From an uncultured Verrucomicrobiae bacterium (GTDB taxonomy: Bacteria > Verrucomicrobiota > Verrucomicrobiia > Opitutales > JABDGR01): a DNA stretch of 64,000 nucleotides. The stretch covers positions 96,001-160,000 of the forward strand of contig CAVXVB010000002.1 in the NCBI GenBank assembly GCA_963765205.1. Reading direction: 5' to 3'. Positions 38,566-51,427 of the stretch are shown in pieces. How positions within the stretch are numbered: the stretch's first letter is position 1; each line of letters starts with the position of its first letter. Both the position numbers and the translations under genes were made by a program. Below the pieces are notes generated by a model that had not been told where the DNA came from, did no database searches, and saw only the letters and a list, made by a program, of their open reading frames with translations.

Positions 38566-41147
38566 GCCAGCCATCATCCGAAATCACGCCCTTTTGGTTG
38601 ACGGTGCGACTATTACTGCGCGCGGCCCGCCAGCGCACCCACGGCGCGGCCAAACGGCAACAGGAACTCCTCCGGCAGCGCACGGGTAAAAAGGCCCGCA
38701 GCTCGGTTGGTTCCCCAACGACGATGACATTTTTGGCGGCATTTCTTGCGATAGCCATTCAGGTCATGTTCGCCGCCAGCCTATACTCTTCTTTGGAAAT
38801 AGCCACGCGCCTGGAAATGGCCGGCCACGGCCAAATGGTCGTGAGCGACCATTTTTTTGAGGACGCCTTTGGAGACAAGGGCAAGAAAGTGGACCGGGAG
38901 AAAGCGGTCAGCGACGAAGCCGGCCGGCAAAAGGAGCATATCGGCGGCACCAAGGAAGAACGCGCGGCCACCTTCAAGCGCCAGCTTGATCTCTATGGCC
39001 GGGCGGGTTTTGCGAATGAAACCGAGATGGAAAACAATATGCGCCATCTGGAGTTGGCAGGCCCGCTGTTTCTGGCGGTCGGAATGCTGGTGTTGCTCTG
39101 GTGGTTCGTCGTGATGGTGTGCCAGGGCGAAGGGGGCATGGCGATGGATTTGCAGGGCCGCCGGCATCCGATGCTGGAATGGCTGATGTCGCACCCCATC
39201 AGTCCGGCGGCAGCCTTTACGGGCGAAATGTTGGCCCCCCTGGCGGCGAACCCGTTTTCCGTGGCGGCGGCGCCGATCATTTTCATCGTCATCCTCGCGC
39301 CATTTTATTCCTTTCCCCTGGCACTGCTCGGCGGGCTGCTCATCGGCTGGCCCGTGGCTTTGGCGGCGAGCTTTGCCGGTAAGGCCATCGAGATCAACGC
39401 CCTGCTGCGCCTGTCCCCGCGTTCCCGCAGTGTGGTGCTGGCCATGAAGACCTGGTTGGGCTTTGCGCCAATCGTGATGATGCCACTGTTGCTGATGACC
39501 CAGCAAAATGGCTTTGCCTGGACCGTGCTGTCCTGGCTGCAACCGGCCGCCCATTGGCTGGCGTGGCCGCTGCTGCCCTGGCTGGCCGGGGTGCGGGCGG
39601 ATGGCAGCCATTCCTTCATGCAGGGTATGTTAGTGTCCTGGCTTTTTGCCGGGGGGGTAATTGCCGTCAGCCTCTGGCTCAGTGCCCGGGCGACCAACGG
39701 CAGCTTACAAGGCCCTTCTGAAGGCCGGCCGTCCGCGCCGGTGGTGGCAGACCTGCTCGGCCAGGTGCCGTTCTTGCGCGACCCTTTGTTCAAAAAGGAA
39801 ATTCTCTGGTTCTGCCGCGACCGGGGCGCCATCGTGCAAGCGATTCTCATTCCGCTGACCTTGGGGGCCTTTCAAGTATTCAACATGCGATTCGTCACGG
39901 AACACGCCTTGGATAACTGGAGCTACCTGTGCGGTGCGGGGATTATTTTTGGAACCTATTTCCTTTTGACGCTGGGGCCGCGTTCGTTGCTTTCCGAAGG
40001 TCCGGCGCTGTGGATTACGCTGACGTGGCCGCGCGGCCTCGAATCGCTGCTCAAGGCCAAGGCGAAACTTTGGGCACTGATGGCCGACCTGATCGTGGGG
40101 GCGATCCTGGTGTTCGCGGCGATGTGGTTTCCCGCGGATGCGTGGAAAATTGCCGTGGTGGCCGTGGGCTGGGTCGTCTTTGCCCGCAGCTTGTCGGAAA
40201 AAGCCGTCACCTTGGTGCCTTCGATAACCGCCTCCGGCCAGCCCGAGCGCGTGCCGGCGGGCCGCCAATGGGCGGCGTTTCTGGGGACGTTTTCCTTCGC
40301 CACGGGGGTCATCACCCAAAACTGGCATCTGGCGGCGCTCGGCGTGGTCTTCTCTTGCGTTACAGCGGCCGCGATGTGGCAGAATTTTCGAGCGCGGCTG
40401 CCTTTCCTCTTTGACCCGTGGTCGGAAAAGCTGCCGCCGCCACCCACCCTCATGCACGCGATGGTCGCCATCACGGCCATGATTGAAGGCCAGGCGCTTA
40501 TTTTTGTGTTTTTGGCGGCCATCCCCATGGCCTTGCAGGGGCAACTTAGCGAAGGGACGCACTGGGTGGTGCAGGCTTTGGCCTATGGCATCACAGCGGT
40601 GTTGACGTGGTGGTTCACCCGACGTTTCCTGTCCCGCGCCGGGGTGCCCTCCCGGCAGATTTGGCGATGGGCCGAATCCGGTCTGCCCCAAAGCCCGGAG
40701 CGCGAAACACCAGCCGCGCGCTTCGCCAAGGCACTGGCTTTGGGTGTGGGTGGAGGCCTTTTGCTGGGAGTCTGCGCGCTAGGCTATCTCTTGGTTATGG
40801 GACAAATCCCGTTGTTCAAAGATGTAATATTGCGGAACTCCAGTTACCTGTTGGAAGTGCCACTGATCCATTACGCTTATGCCCTGATAGCCATCGGCAT
40901 GGCGCCTTTTGCCGAGGAATATCTTTTCCGCGGGTTGCTCTTCCGCGCGCTCGACCGCGAGTGGGGCGGCTGGCGGGCCATCCTCGGCAGCGCGCTCCTG
41001 TTCGGCGTTTACCATCCGCCGCTCTCCTGGCTCCCCGTAATCGCAGTCGGTGTATGGAACGCCTGGCTTTTCAAGCGCACTGGTTCCCTCTGGCCGTGTG
41101 TCCTGGCGCACATGGCCTATAACACGGTGGTGGTCCTGGCCGCGTAA
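38562..41147 (+). CDS. Large permease-like membrane protein with C-terminal CPBP (Abi/CAAX) protease domain
   Basis: Many TM helices; AEEYLFRG, FGVYH, LAHMAYN. Confidence 0.85.
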   Translation: MSQPSSEITPFWLTVRLLLRAARQRTHGAAKRQQELLRQRTGKKARSSVGSPTTMTFLAAFLAIAIQVMFAASLYSSLEIATRLEMAGHGQMVVSDHFFEDAFGDKGKKVDREKAVSDEAGRQKEHIGGTKEERAATFKRQLDLYGRAGFANETEMENNMRHLELAGPLFLAVGMLVLLWWFVVMVCQGEGGMAMDLQGRRHPMLEWLMSHPISPAAAFTGEMLAPLAANPFSVAAAPIIFIVILAPFYSFPLALLGGLLIGWPVALAASFAGKAIEINALLRLSPRSRSVVLAMKTWLGFAPIVMMPLLLMTQQNGFAWTVLSWLQPAAHWLAWPLLPWLAGVRADGSHSFMQGMLVSWLFAGGVIAVSLWLSARATNGSLQGPSEGRPSAPVVADLLGQVPFLRDPLFKKEILWFCRDRGAIVQAILIPLTLGAFQVFNMRFVTEHALDNWSYLCGAGIIFGTYFLLTLGPRSLLSEGPALWITLTWPRGLESLLKAKAKLWALMADLIVGAILVFAAMWFPADAWKIAVVAVGWVVFARSLSEKAVTLVPSITASGQPERVPAGRQWAAFLGTFSFATGVITQNWHLAALGVVFSCVTAAAMWQNFRARLPFLFDPWSEKLPPPPTLMHAMVAITAMIEGQALIFVFLAAIPMALQGQLSEGTHWVVQALAYGITAVLTWWFTRRFLSRAGVPSRQIWRWAESGLPQSPERETPAARFAKALALGVGGGLLLGVCALGYLLVMGQIPLFKDVILRNSSYLLEVPLIHYAYALIAIGMAPFAEEYLFRGLLFRALDREWGGWRAILGSALLFGVYHPPLSWLPVIAVGVWNAWLFKRTGSLWPCVLAHMAYNTVVVLAA

Positions 41148-41166
41148 GGTGCGCTGGCTTTTATAT

Positions 41167-41562
41167 TCAGCCCTGATATTGTTCGTCGCTGACCTTTTCC
41201 ATCCAGTCCACCACTTTGCCGTCGAGGTTTTCCTGAATGGCGATGTGGGTCAGGGCGGTGGTGGGCGCGGCGCCGTGCCAGTGCTTCTCGCCCGGCGGAA
41301 ACCAAATGACATCACCCGGCCGGATTTCTTCCACTGGGCCGCCCCAGCGCTGCACCCGCCCGCAACCCGCCGTCACAATCAGAGTCTGCCCCAGCGGGTG
41401 GGTGTGCCAGGCCGTGCGGGCACCCGGCTCGAAGGTCACGCTCGCGCCAACCACGCGGGCCGGAGCGTTGGTTTGGATCAAAGGGTCTATGCGCACCGTG
41501 CCGGTAAACCAATCGGCCGGTCCTTTATTTGAGGGCTGGGAGCCGTTTCGTTTGATGTCCAT
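41167..41562 (-). CDS. Cupin domain protein
   Basis: [29 protein letters not shown]. Confidence 0.92.
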   Translation of the reverse strand: MDIKRNGSQPSNKGPADWFTGTVRIDPLIQTNAPARVVGASVTFEPGARTAWHTHPLGQTLIVTAGCGRVQRWGGPVEEIRPGDVIWFPPGEKHWHGAAPTTALTHIAIQENLDGKVVDWMEKVSDEQYQG

Positions 41563-41599
41563 GTTTTGAATTTCGTTTTGGGTCAGCTTTTTGCGTTCG

Positions 41600-42436
41600 C
41601 TAGAATGAACCTTCCATTTCTTTGGAGAGCGTCTCATGGACGCGCATATCCCGCAGCCGCTCCTCGATTGCCGGCGTGATCGTGCTGAGGGCATCACTGC
41701 CGGCCGCGAATACCTTCGGCGGATTTTGCATCGCGGCGATTTTGACAAGTGCGTCACCCAGCTTCGCTGGATCGTTCGGTTGCGTGCCGCTATATTTCGA
41801 CCACATATCCGCGGCGGTGCCTTCCGGTGCGTAGTCCTCGACGACCTTATTCACCCAGCGGACGCTTTGCGCGTCGAGCAGGTTCGTCCGGAAAAAGCCT
41901 GGTTCGACGAGGGTAATTTTGATGCCGAACTGCTCCACCTCGGTCGCGACCGACAGCGAAAGTCCTTCGACGGCAAACTTCGTCGCGGCATAAGCCGCGC
42001 AGTGCTTCAGCCCGACCACGCCGGCGACGGAACTGATGTTGATGATGTGTCCCGAACGCTGCCGCCTCATGACGGGCAACGTGGCCTGCATCATATGCAC
42101 AACGCCGTAGAAATTCGTTGCGAACTGCTGTTGGATCTCGGCGGTGGTCATCTGCTCAAAATTACCGAGCAGGCTGTAGCCCGCATTGTTAACCAAGACA
42201 TCAATGCGCCCGAAACGCTTGATCGCTTCGTCAATGGCAACTTTGGCCTGTGCCTCGTTGGTGACGTCCAATTGCACGAAGGCAATGCTCTCCGGTGCAA
42301 CATCGGGAAAAACGCGGCGCACTTTTTCGAGATTTCTGCCGGTCGCGACAACGCGGTCGCCCACGCGCAACGCGGCTTTGGCAATTCCTGTGCCGATGCC
42401 GCTACCGGCACCGGTGATAAACCAAACTTTGCTCAT
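41600..42436 (-). CDS. SDR family oxidoreductase
   Basis: [21 protein letters not shown]. Confidence 0.93.
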   Translation of the reverse strand: MSKVWFITGAGSGIGTGIAKAALRVGDRVVATGRNLEKVRRVFPDVAPESIAFVQLDVTNEAQAKVAIDEAIKRFGRIDVLVNNAGYSLLGNFEQMTTAEIQQQFATNFYGVVHMMQATLPVMRRQRSGHIINISSVAGVVGLKHCAAYAATKFAVEGLSLSVATEVEQFGIKITLVEPGFFRTNLLDAQSVRWVNKVVEDYAPEGTAADMWSKYSGTQPNDPAKLGDALVKIAAMQNPPKVFAAGSDALSTITPAIEERLRDMRVHETLSKEMEGSF

Positions 42437-42494
42437 AATTATCATCCTTTTATTTTTGCCCCAGCATGTAAAGACAGAACATAGTTTACGCCGT

Positions 42495-43514
<1,020 letters not shown>

Positions 43515-43588
43515 TCAAGTTTGAATCAATATATCACAGCTGGTCGCGGTTGTCGCTGGCCATTTGCCAAGACGACGCTTGGATGAGA

Positions 43589-43756
43589 CTATTTTTGCGT
43601 CACAGGACTGTCCAGGTCGAGCACCACGGTCGCGTGGTCGTCGTAAAGGTGGGCGCGCGTCTGGGCCAATTCCGCCAAATCGTCCTGAAACGCAAACGAA
43701 AGCGCCGCCGTTCGGTTCACGACGTGGCCGAGGTTGGGATCGAGGTAAAAACCCAT
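43589..43756 (-). pseudogene. C-terminal remnant paralogous to the membrane protein at 58152-60113
   Basis: LDPNLGHVVNRTAALSFAFQDDLAELAQTRAHLYDD vs LDPSMGRVMNQETALSFAFQDDLAELAQSRTHRFDD. Confidence 0.75.
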
Positions 43757-43789
43757 AATCCTTAGAACCTGCCAACAAGCACGCCGGGC

Positions 43790-45196
<1,407 letters not shown>

Positions 45197-45461
45197 AGGG
45201 GGAAAGTGTTCCAGTTCTTGGTTTTTAAGTGCTTAATAACTGACTTGTAATGACTTGATGTGCGACTTTTTGCCCCGGTTGGTGTGGATACTTGAATCAT
45301 AACATAATCAAAATAGAGGAAAAGGAAAGCCCGGAGTGCCATTTTTTCCCACCTACTCAAATTCATTGCTGGCTGTTCGAGGTGGGCAAAGAGGACTTGA
45401 CAGCTTAACTTTGTTTCGCAAAGTCAAGGAAGCAACTATCTCAACGTCTGTAAAAAAACCC

Positions 45462-45689
45462 ATGAAACTAAACTGGTTTAAACGTTATGGTTGGTTCTAC
45501 GTTCCCATTTCTGTTCCGGGTGCCCTTGTGTGCCTGTTGGCCGGCCTGTTCTGTGTCACGGTTTTTACGGCGGTGGACCGTCATTCCCATGCGGTGAGCG
45601 ATACGTTTTATGGGATTTTTCCATACTTTGTTTGTGCTTTTCTCTTGCTTGATTGGATTGGCGGCCGGACGAGTGCAAGAGATGTTTAA
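45462..45689 (+). CDS. Small two-TM membrane protein
   Basis: MKLNWFKRYGWFYVP..., DRHSHAVSDT. Confidence 0.7.
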   Translation: MKLNWFKRYGWFYVPISVPGALVCLLAGLFCVTVFTAVDRHSHAVSDTFYGIFPYFVCAFLLLDWIGGRTSARDV

Positions 45690-45728
45690 AAAATCGCGGT
45701 GGTCCACACGGGTGGGCGCGCCCATCCC

Positions 45729-46799
45729 TCAAGACGCGGGGCTGGGGTCAACAATTGCTGGCGCCGGCGCGCCGAGAGAACGGGGGCTGGCGGGGGGCGG
45801 CTCAAACGGCTCGATGGTGAGCACGAGCGCGCCGGCGTCCGGGTTTTTCCAAAGCCGCCAGGTTTCGGCCAGGCGCGCGATCCACAGGCGCGGCTTGTCG
45901 GCAAAAAGTTTCCGCGCGATGGCAAATTCCTTGCCGCGCAGGGTTTTCAACCGGCGCTTGAGGCGTTTGCGCACGGGGCGGAAATTGGCGAGATCGAGGT
46001 AATGCAGCTCTCGCTCGCGCACCTGGGCGGCGAAGACGAGGTAATCGTGGTCGTCCCCCAGCAGCGCGCCCAGGCGGCGGACTTCCTTGCGCAGCCGGTG
46101 AATTTCACCCGTCGGGACATTTTCCAGAATTTCGAGCTGGTAGCCAAGGTCCTTCACGCGTTTGCGCCAGGCGTGGAAGGAATCGCCGAGGTGTCCCGCG
46201 CCGTGGTCGAGGCAGCGGTGGTATTCCTTGCGAGCGCGTCGGTAGGAGTTTTCCAGTCCGGGCGCAAGGGCCGCCCAGCCGCGCGTCGAAAAAATCAGCG
46301 TGCGAAAGCCCTCCGCCGTGCGCCGCAGGGACTTCGCGGTCTGTTCCAGGGCGAGGTCCAGGCCCTGTTTGTTTTTCGGCGGGCGATGTTTGACGCCGAG
46401 CAGCCGCGCGGCGTCCTTCATGCGCCGCGGCGCGGTGTCCTCAAACACGCGCTTGAGCGTTTCGCCCGCCACAAAGGCGTCCCGAAAGCCGGACAACAGG
46501 CGCGAGGCGTCGCGCAGGCGGAGGGTCTCGCGCTTGACCGCTTCGACATCCGTCACGGGCTTGAGCAGGCGCAGCAGCGCGCGCAGGCGCTTGCTCTGGA
46601 CGCGCACCTGGTGGATGTCCTCGGTGCGGTCGGCTTTTTTCGGATGCTCGATGCGGTGCAGCGCCGCGTGGGCGTGCCGCCGGCCCAGGCGCACCAGGCC
46701 GTTGCGCACGCTCTCGCGCCGGCGCAGCGCGTCGAAGGACTCGGCGGGCGCTTTCGCGGGCTGGGCGCGGGCGGCGGGTGTGGGTGTCGCAGCAGGCAT
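45729..46799 (-). CDS. CHAD domain protein
   Basis: IHQVRVQSKRLRALLRL, HAWRKRVK.L.YQ, LGDDHD. Confidence 0.9.
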   Translation of the reverse strand: MPAATPTPAARAQPAKAPAESFDALRRRESVRNGLVRLGRRHAHAALHRIEHPKKADRTEDIHQVRVQSKRLRALLRLLKPVTDVEAVKRETLRLRDASRLLSGFRDAFVAGETLKRVFEDTAPRRMKDAARLLGVKHRPPKNKQGLDLALEQTAKSLRRTAEGFRTLIFSTRGWAALAPGLENSYRRARKEYHRCLDHGAGHLGDSFHAWRKRVKDLGYQLEILENVPTGEIHRLRKEVRRLGALLGDDHDYLVFAAQVRERELHYLDLANFRPVRKRLKRRLKTLRGKEFAIARKLFADKPRLWIARLAETWRLWKNPDAGALVLTIEPFEPPPASPRSLGAPAPAIVDPSPAS

Positions 46800-47016
46800 G
46801 GGCGCGGGAGATGGGGGGCGAACGATAAGTAAAAGCCCCCGGCGGATGTCCCGGCAAGGGAAATTCACCCAAACGCCATAAATGTAACAATCAGGACCTG
46901 TCATCACGCGACCAAAATCAGGCCCCGGATAGGGGCAATAATAAGGTTGTTATATCTGGGCCGAGTTCGCTTAATGGCTGTTTGCCAAGCCCCACCACTG
47001 CACTCCCTTCGTTACC

Positions 47017-47391
47017 ATGAACGCAAATTACCCCCGCAATTATAAACTCCAGATTTTTCTAATCGGACTGCTGGCCTGCGCCGGCCTGGCCGGTTGCTCG
47101 GTGGACATGTCGTCCCACGTGGAAACCACGGGCACCTTTATCGGGCCCCAGACCCTCCAGCAAATCCAACCCGGCAAGTCGAAGGACTTTGTCGAGGCGT
47201 TGATCGGCGAGCCCACCCGCAAGGACAAAGTCACCGACACTGACGAAATCTGGCGCTGGGTCTATGTGGAAAAGCACATCGCCAACGGCAACGCCGCCTT
47301 GTTCACCGGCACCGCCTCGAACACCGAAAACACCCACACCACCTTCGTCGAATTCAAGAACGGCGTGGTGGACCACGCGTGGAGCCAATAG
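47017..47391 (+). CDS. SmpA/BamE-like lipoprotein
   Basis: LAGC lipobox; QIQPGKSKDFVEALIGEP, W.W.Y, VEFKNGVV. Confidence 0.75.
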   Translation: MNANYPRNYKLQIFLIGLLACAGLAGCSVDMSSHVETTGTFIGPQTLQQIQPGKSKDFVEALIGEPTRKDKVTDTDEIWRWVYVEKHIANGNAALFTGTASNTENTHTTFVEFKNGVVDHAWSQ

Positions 47392-47429
47392 CGGGTAAAA
47401 GTTATGGTGGGGTTGTTTGATCTAGCTTT

Positions 47430-47460
47430 TCGTAGCGCGGGCTGAAGCACCGCGCTACGA
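47430..47460. repeat. GTAG-type REP palindrome
   Basis: TCGTAGCGCGG-GCTGAAGCA-CCGCGCTACGA; related copies at 48701-48776. Confidence 0.75.
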
Positions 47461-47557
47461 AGAATCGGACGACAGGTTTTTTTATCTCGTAACGACTGCG
47501 CGTGAATCTGAATTAAACAAGTTTCCACTCCGCGCGCGTCTCCTTTATAAGGTGCTC

Positions 47558-48097
47558 ATGCCGGCCGACCTCGCCCGCCTCTACGACGACCATGCCCGGG
47601 CGTTGCTGGCGTTTGCCTGGAACCTGACCCGCAGCGAGGCCGACGCCCGCGATATCTTGCAGGAGGTTTTTTGCCGCCTGGCCGCCCGGCCGGAGGTGCT
47701 CGCCGACGTGCGCAGCGAGCGCGCGTTTTTGCTGCGGCTGGCCCACAACCAGGCCATTGACGTGATGCGCCGCCGCGCCACGCGCGAAAAAACCGGCGCG
47801 GCCTCCGCCATCGAAGACCGTGTCGGCCATCCCTTCGCCGCCAGCGCGCGGGCGGACGAGGAGGGCTTTCGCCGCGCGCTGGCGGCGGCGCTGGCCGAGC
47901 TGCCGCCCGAGCAGCGGGCCGTCGCCCACCTCAAATTGTGGGAAAACGCGACCTTTGAGGAAATCGGCGAGACCCTCGGCATCCCGCCCAACACCGCCGC
48001 CAGCCGCTACCGCTACGCGATAGACAAATTGCGCGCCCGGCTGCGTCCCCTTTACCACGAGATCAAAAATTCATGGACGACTTCGAACAATTCCTGA
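47558..48097 (+). CDS. ECF sigma-70 factor
   Basis: DARDILQEVF, LPPEQRAV, TFEEIGETLGIPPNTAASRYRYA. Confidence 0.92.
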   Translation: MPADLARLYDDHARALLAFAWNLTRSEADARDILQEVFCRLAARPEVLADVRSERAFLLRLAHNQAIDVMRRRATREKTGAASAIEDRVGHPFAASARADEEGFRRALAAALAELPPEQRAVAHLKLWENATFEEIGETLGIPPNTAASRYRYAIDKLRARLRPLYHEIKNSWTTSNNS

Positions 48098-48504
48098 CCA
48101 GCCAGCCCCTGCGCGACGTGCCCCAAGCCTGGCGCGCGAAAATCCTCGCGACTGCGACCGCAACGGCCCGCGAGATGCCGCCGCCATCCGCCGCCGGGCC
48201 ATGGTGGCGCGCCTGGCTCTGGCCCTCGCCCTACGCCTGGGCCGCGCTCGCCGCCGCGTGGCTGGTGATTTTCGGGCTGAATTTTGCCACGCAAGCCGGG
48301 AGCAACCACGCCGGGCCGCGCGATCCCGCCTTGAGCGACCAGCAGATTTACGCCCTGCTCGCCGAACGCCGCCAACTGGAAGAATTATACTCCCAGATGA
48401 ATGCGCCGCCCGCACCGCCCACACTGCCACCTTCCGTCAAACTGCCAACCTCTCCGGGCGCCTCGCTAGATCGGCCCAAACCAGAAACCCATCCACTCGC
48501 CTGA
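48073..48504 (+). CDS. Putative anti-sigma factor (single TM)
   Basis: Overlaps the ECF gene; WLWPSPYAWAALAAAWLVIFGL TM helix. Confidence 0.7.
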   Translation: MDDFEQFLTSQPLRDVPQAWRAKILATATATAREMPPPSAAGPWWRAWLWPSPYAWAALAAAWLVIFGLNFATQAGSNHAGPRDPALSDQQIYALLAERRQLEELYSQMNAPPAPPTLPPSVKLPTSPGASLDRPKPETHPLA

Positions 48505-48572
48505 CCCCACTTCTCAAACATATTTAAACCATGCCACGACCAAACGCACAACCTAAGGGATCGGACTTCTTC

Positions 48573-48869
48573 CGTCCCGGGGAGCGCGGGCGTCCCGCCC
48601 GCAGTCCTCGGCGTCCAGCCGAGGACATCTTCGAAGGGCCGCACCGGTTTCCCCAATCGCCTATTTGGGTTAAAACCCATGAATCAATTTGACCAACCTT
48701 CCGTAGCGCGGTGCTTTAGCCCGCGCTCTGGAATATTCGTCAGGCCAACAGCGCGGACTAAAGCACCGCGCTACGGGTCAAACCAGTTGTAAAACACAAC
48801 TTCGTTTGGCCGGAAGCGGTCGGCGAGACGCCGACCGCAGCGGGCGGGACGCCCGCGCTCCCCGGGACG
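48573..48869. repeat. Nested palindromic element: 30-bp perfect outer IR enclosing an inverted REP pair
   Basis: CGTCCCGGGGAGCGCGGGCGTCCCGCCCGC at 48573-48602 and its exact complement at 48840-48869. Confidence 0.85.
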
Positions 48870-48919
48870 AAGAACCCTACATCCGAAAATCCAATAACAA
48901 TTGAAGATTGATCTACCCC

Positions 48920-50440
48920 ATGAAATTCTCCGAAAAAATTCCGACCTTCACCCGATTCGGCCGTTTGCTCTCGAAAGGGGCGCGAAAATTGGCCCGACCG
49001 TTTTTTTTCTCGACTGTGTGCGTGGTGACGCTGGTGGCGCTGATCATCGCGGAGGAGACCTACCGCACCGCCAAGGCTTGGGAGAATTATCAGGCAGCAG
49101 CGAAGGCGCGGGGTGAAAAATTGACCTTGGCAGAATTTTCCCCACCGGCGGTGCCCGACGACCAGAATTTTGCGATGACGCCGCTGCTCAAGCCGTTTTT
49201 TTCAGATCCCAGCTATGGAGACCAATTGCAAAAGAGGCTGAGTCTGGATATTTCCGAGGAATCTGATCTATATACGACACTTTTGCCCGAAGAATTTAGC
49301 CAGTGGGAGAGAGGCGAACAGATGGATCTGAGAAAATGGGTGGCTTTTTTTCAGCGACCAGATGTTTTGGCCGAGTTAAAAAAGCATGAGGCCGATATGG
49401 CGGAGATTAGCGCCGCTCTCCTCCGGCCCTATTCGCGTTTCCCTTTCCATTACGACAACCTCACAACGTTGGGCATGGGTTTTAGCCTCCACGGTCGGAG
49501 CCTGATGTCCTTATCCCGATTATTTCAGTTGCGGTGTTTTGCCGAACTCGTTGAGGGAAAAAACGACGAGGCGCTGGCGGATACCTTGACGCTGCTCCGA
49601 CTTTCCCAGGCCAACCGGGATGAGCCTCTGATTGTTTCTCAAGTCTATTCAGATTTCAATTTGGAAATGGGTTTGCAAATCGCCTGGGAAGGCTTGGCAA
49701 CGCACCGCTGGACAGACGCCCAGCTCGCAACGTTGCAACAAGAAATCCAAAAAATTGATCTGTTTCCGCAATTTTTGCGGGCGGAACAAAGTGAAAGGGC
49801 GTATTTCTGCGATTGGCTGGTTTCGTTCAGCCAGCAGACGTGGTCAGATCGAATGAGTATGTTCAAAGATTCGTGGGACAACGCCGGGATTCATTTACAG
49901 GCTGTCATCTTGTTATCTCTATCGCGGGTGGGCATCTCTCGGGCACTGGTCGTGGGAAATACTTGGTATGAGTTGGTTTTCCGCATCATCAATGTGGCTG
50001 ACCGCCGCTTCGACCTTGAGCAGATGAAGGCGAGCATGTTGGAATCCAAACAAGGGAACACTGCATACGGTTATTTAATCCAGGGAAACCCTCTTCTGGA
50101 TAACCCATCTCTGTACAATGTTGATCGTGACATGGTCAAATTTGCATACACACAATCTTCATTGGATGAGGCTGCGGTTGCCTGCGCGCTGGAACGCTAC
50201 CGTCTTGCGGAAGGGTCGTATCCGGAGAAATTGGAGGAGCTTTCGCCGCAATTTATCGCCAAACTGCCACACGATGACGTGAGCGGTGAGCCTTTGCATT
50301 ACCATCGCACACCGAATGGGCAATTTATGCTCTATTCCGTCGGCTGGGTCGGGAAAGATCTCGGTGGGGCTGTTGACCCCAAAAGCCAGCAGGGCTACAT
50401 AGATGGCGGCAACTGGGTCTGGCAATATCCGGCACCATGA
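48920..50440 (+). CDS. Membrane-anchored hypothetical protein of ECF operons
   Basis: N-terminal TM, PPAVPDDQNFA, ACALERYRLA.G.YPE.L..L.P, LYSVG. Confidence 0.8.
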   Translation: MKFSEKIPTFTRFGRLLSKGARKLARPFFFSTVCVVTLVALIIAEETYRTAKAWENYQAAAKARGEKLTLAEFSPPAVPDDQNFAMTPLLKPFFSDPSYGDQLQKRLSLDISEESDLYTTLLPEEFSQWERGEQMDLRKWVAFFQRPDVLAELKKHEADMAEISAALLRPYSRFPFHYDNLTTLGMGFSLHGRSLMSLSRLFQLRCFAELVEGKNDEALADTLTLLRLSQANRDEPLIVSQVYSDFNLEMGLQIAWEGLATHRWTDAQLATLQQEIQKIDLFPQFLRAEQSERAYFCDWLVSFSQQTWSDRMSMFKDSWDNAGIHLQAVILLSLSRVGISRALVVGNTWYELVFRIINVADRRFDLEQMKASMLESKQGNTAYGYLIQGNPLLDNPSLYNVDRDMVKFAYTQSSLDEAAVACALERYRLAEGSYPEKLEELSPQFIAKLPHDDVSGEPLHYHRTPNGQFMLYSVGWVGKDLGGAVDPKSQQGYIDGGNWVWQYPAP

Positions 50441-50451
50441 GCGCGGCCGCC

Positions 50452-51237
50452 TCACGCCTCAAATTCAATCTCCAATAGCACGGGGCAATGATCCGATAAA
50501 TAGGCCTTGAGGACTTCGCAGCGGCAGACGCGGTAGGGTTTTGGCAGCAAGATGAAGTCCAGCCCGCGGCTGGGGAGGTGGGCGGGGAAGGTCTTCGCCT
50601 TCGGCGGCGGCCAGATTTCGTAGTCGCCGTGCTTGAGCAGCGCGGTGAAGAGATGGCGCACGGCGTCGCCGACGAGGCGCGATCCGGTGTTGAAGTCGCC
50701 GCAAATAATCGGCGCGACGAGCCGGCCGCGCGGGCAGCCGGGGTGGGGCCGCGCGCGCAGGTATTCAATCACTTTTTCCACCTGCTCGATGCGGCGCTGG
50801 CGCGACCGGTAATCAAGATGCAGGTTGATGATCGGCAGCGCGTGGCCGGCAACATCCACCTCGGCATACAAAAAACCTTTTTCGCCGAGCGTCTTCGTGC
50901 CGAAGGGATTGTTCTCCCACAAGCGTACAGGGTGGCGCGAGAGGAAGGCGTTGCCGTAGGCGAGCGGCTTGCCGCCCCCGCGGCGGTTGTTCACGCCGAG
51001 GCAGCAGTGGGGCAGGCCCGTCTCGCGGCGCAGCGCGTGCAACAGGTTGATGCGCTTGTTCCAATGCGAGTCTTCGTCCACTTCCTGGAGCGCGACCACG
51101 TCGGCGCCGCTGTGTGTGAGCAAATTTCCGATGCGCGCGAGGTTCGTGCCGATGCCGCGCGCGGTGTGAAAGCCTTGATACAGCGACAACCCCCGCCCGT
51201 GGGCGATGTTGAAGGTCACCAGAGTAAGCCGGGCCAT
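50452..51237 (-). CDS. Endonuclease/exonuclease/phosphatase family protein
   Basis: TFNI, DVVALQEVD, GNA.LSR, GDFN, LDFI, SDH.P. Confidence 0.93.
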   Translation of the reverse strand: MARLTLVTFNIAHGRGLSLYQGFHTARGIGTNLARIGNLLTHSGADVVALQEVDEDSHWNKRINLLHALRRETGLPHCCLGVNNRRGGGKPLAYGNAFLSRHPVRLWENNPFGTKTLGEKGFLYAEVDVAGHALPIINLHLDYRSRQRRIEQVEKVIEYLRARPHPGCPRGRLVAPIICGDFNTGSRLVGDAVRHLFTALLKHGDYEIWPPPKAKTFPAHLPSRGLDFILLPKPYRVCRCEVLKAYLSDHCPVLLEIEFEA

Positions 51238-51427
51238 GGGGGAAGGCGGTAAATTCTGATTTCTGAATGCTGAATTCCAAAGCCTGTTTCCTCAATCAAG
51301 ACACAAATCAATCGCAGATGCCTAAGAATGCCTCAAACAAGGGCATTCAGCAATCAGAATTCAGCATTCAGAATTCCGCGCAATTTCGGTCTCGAAATTG
51401 CGCCCCTCCCGGTCTATCGTCTGCCGC

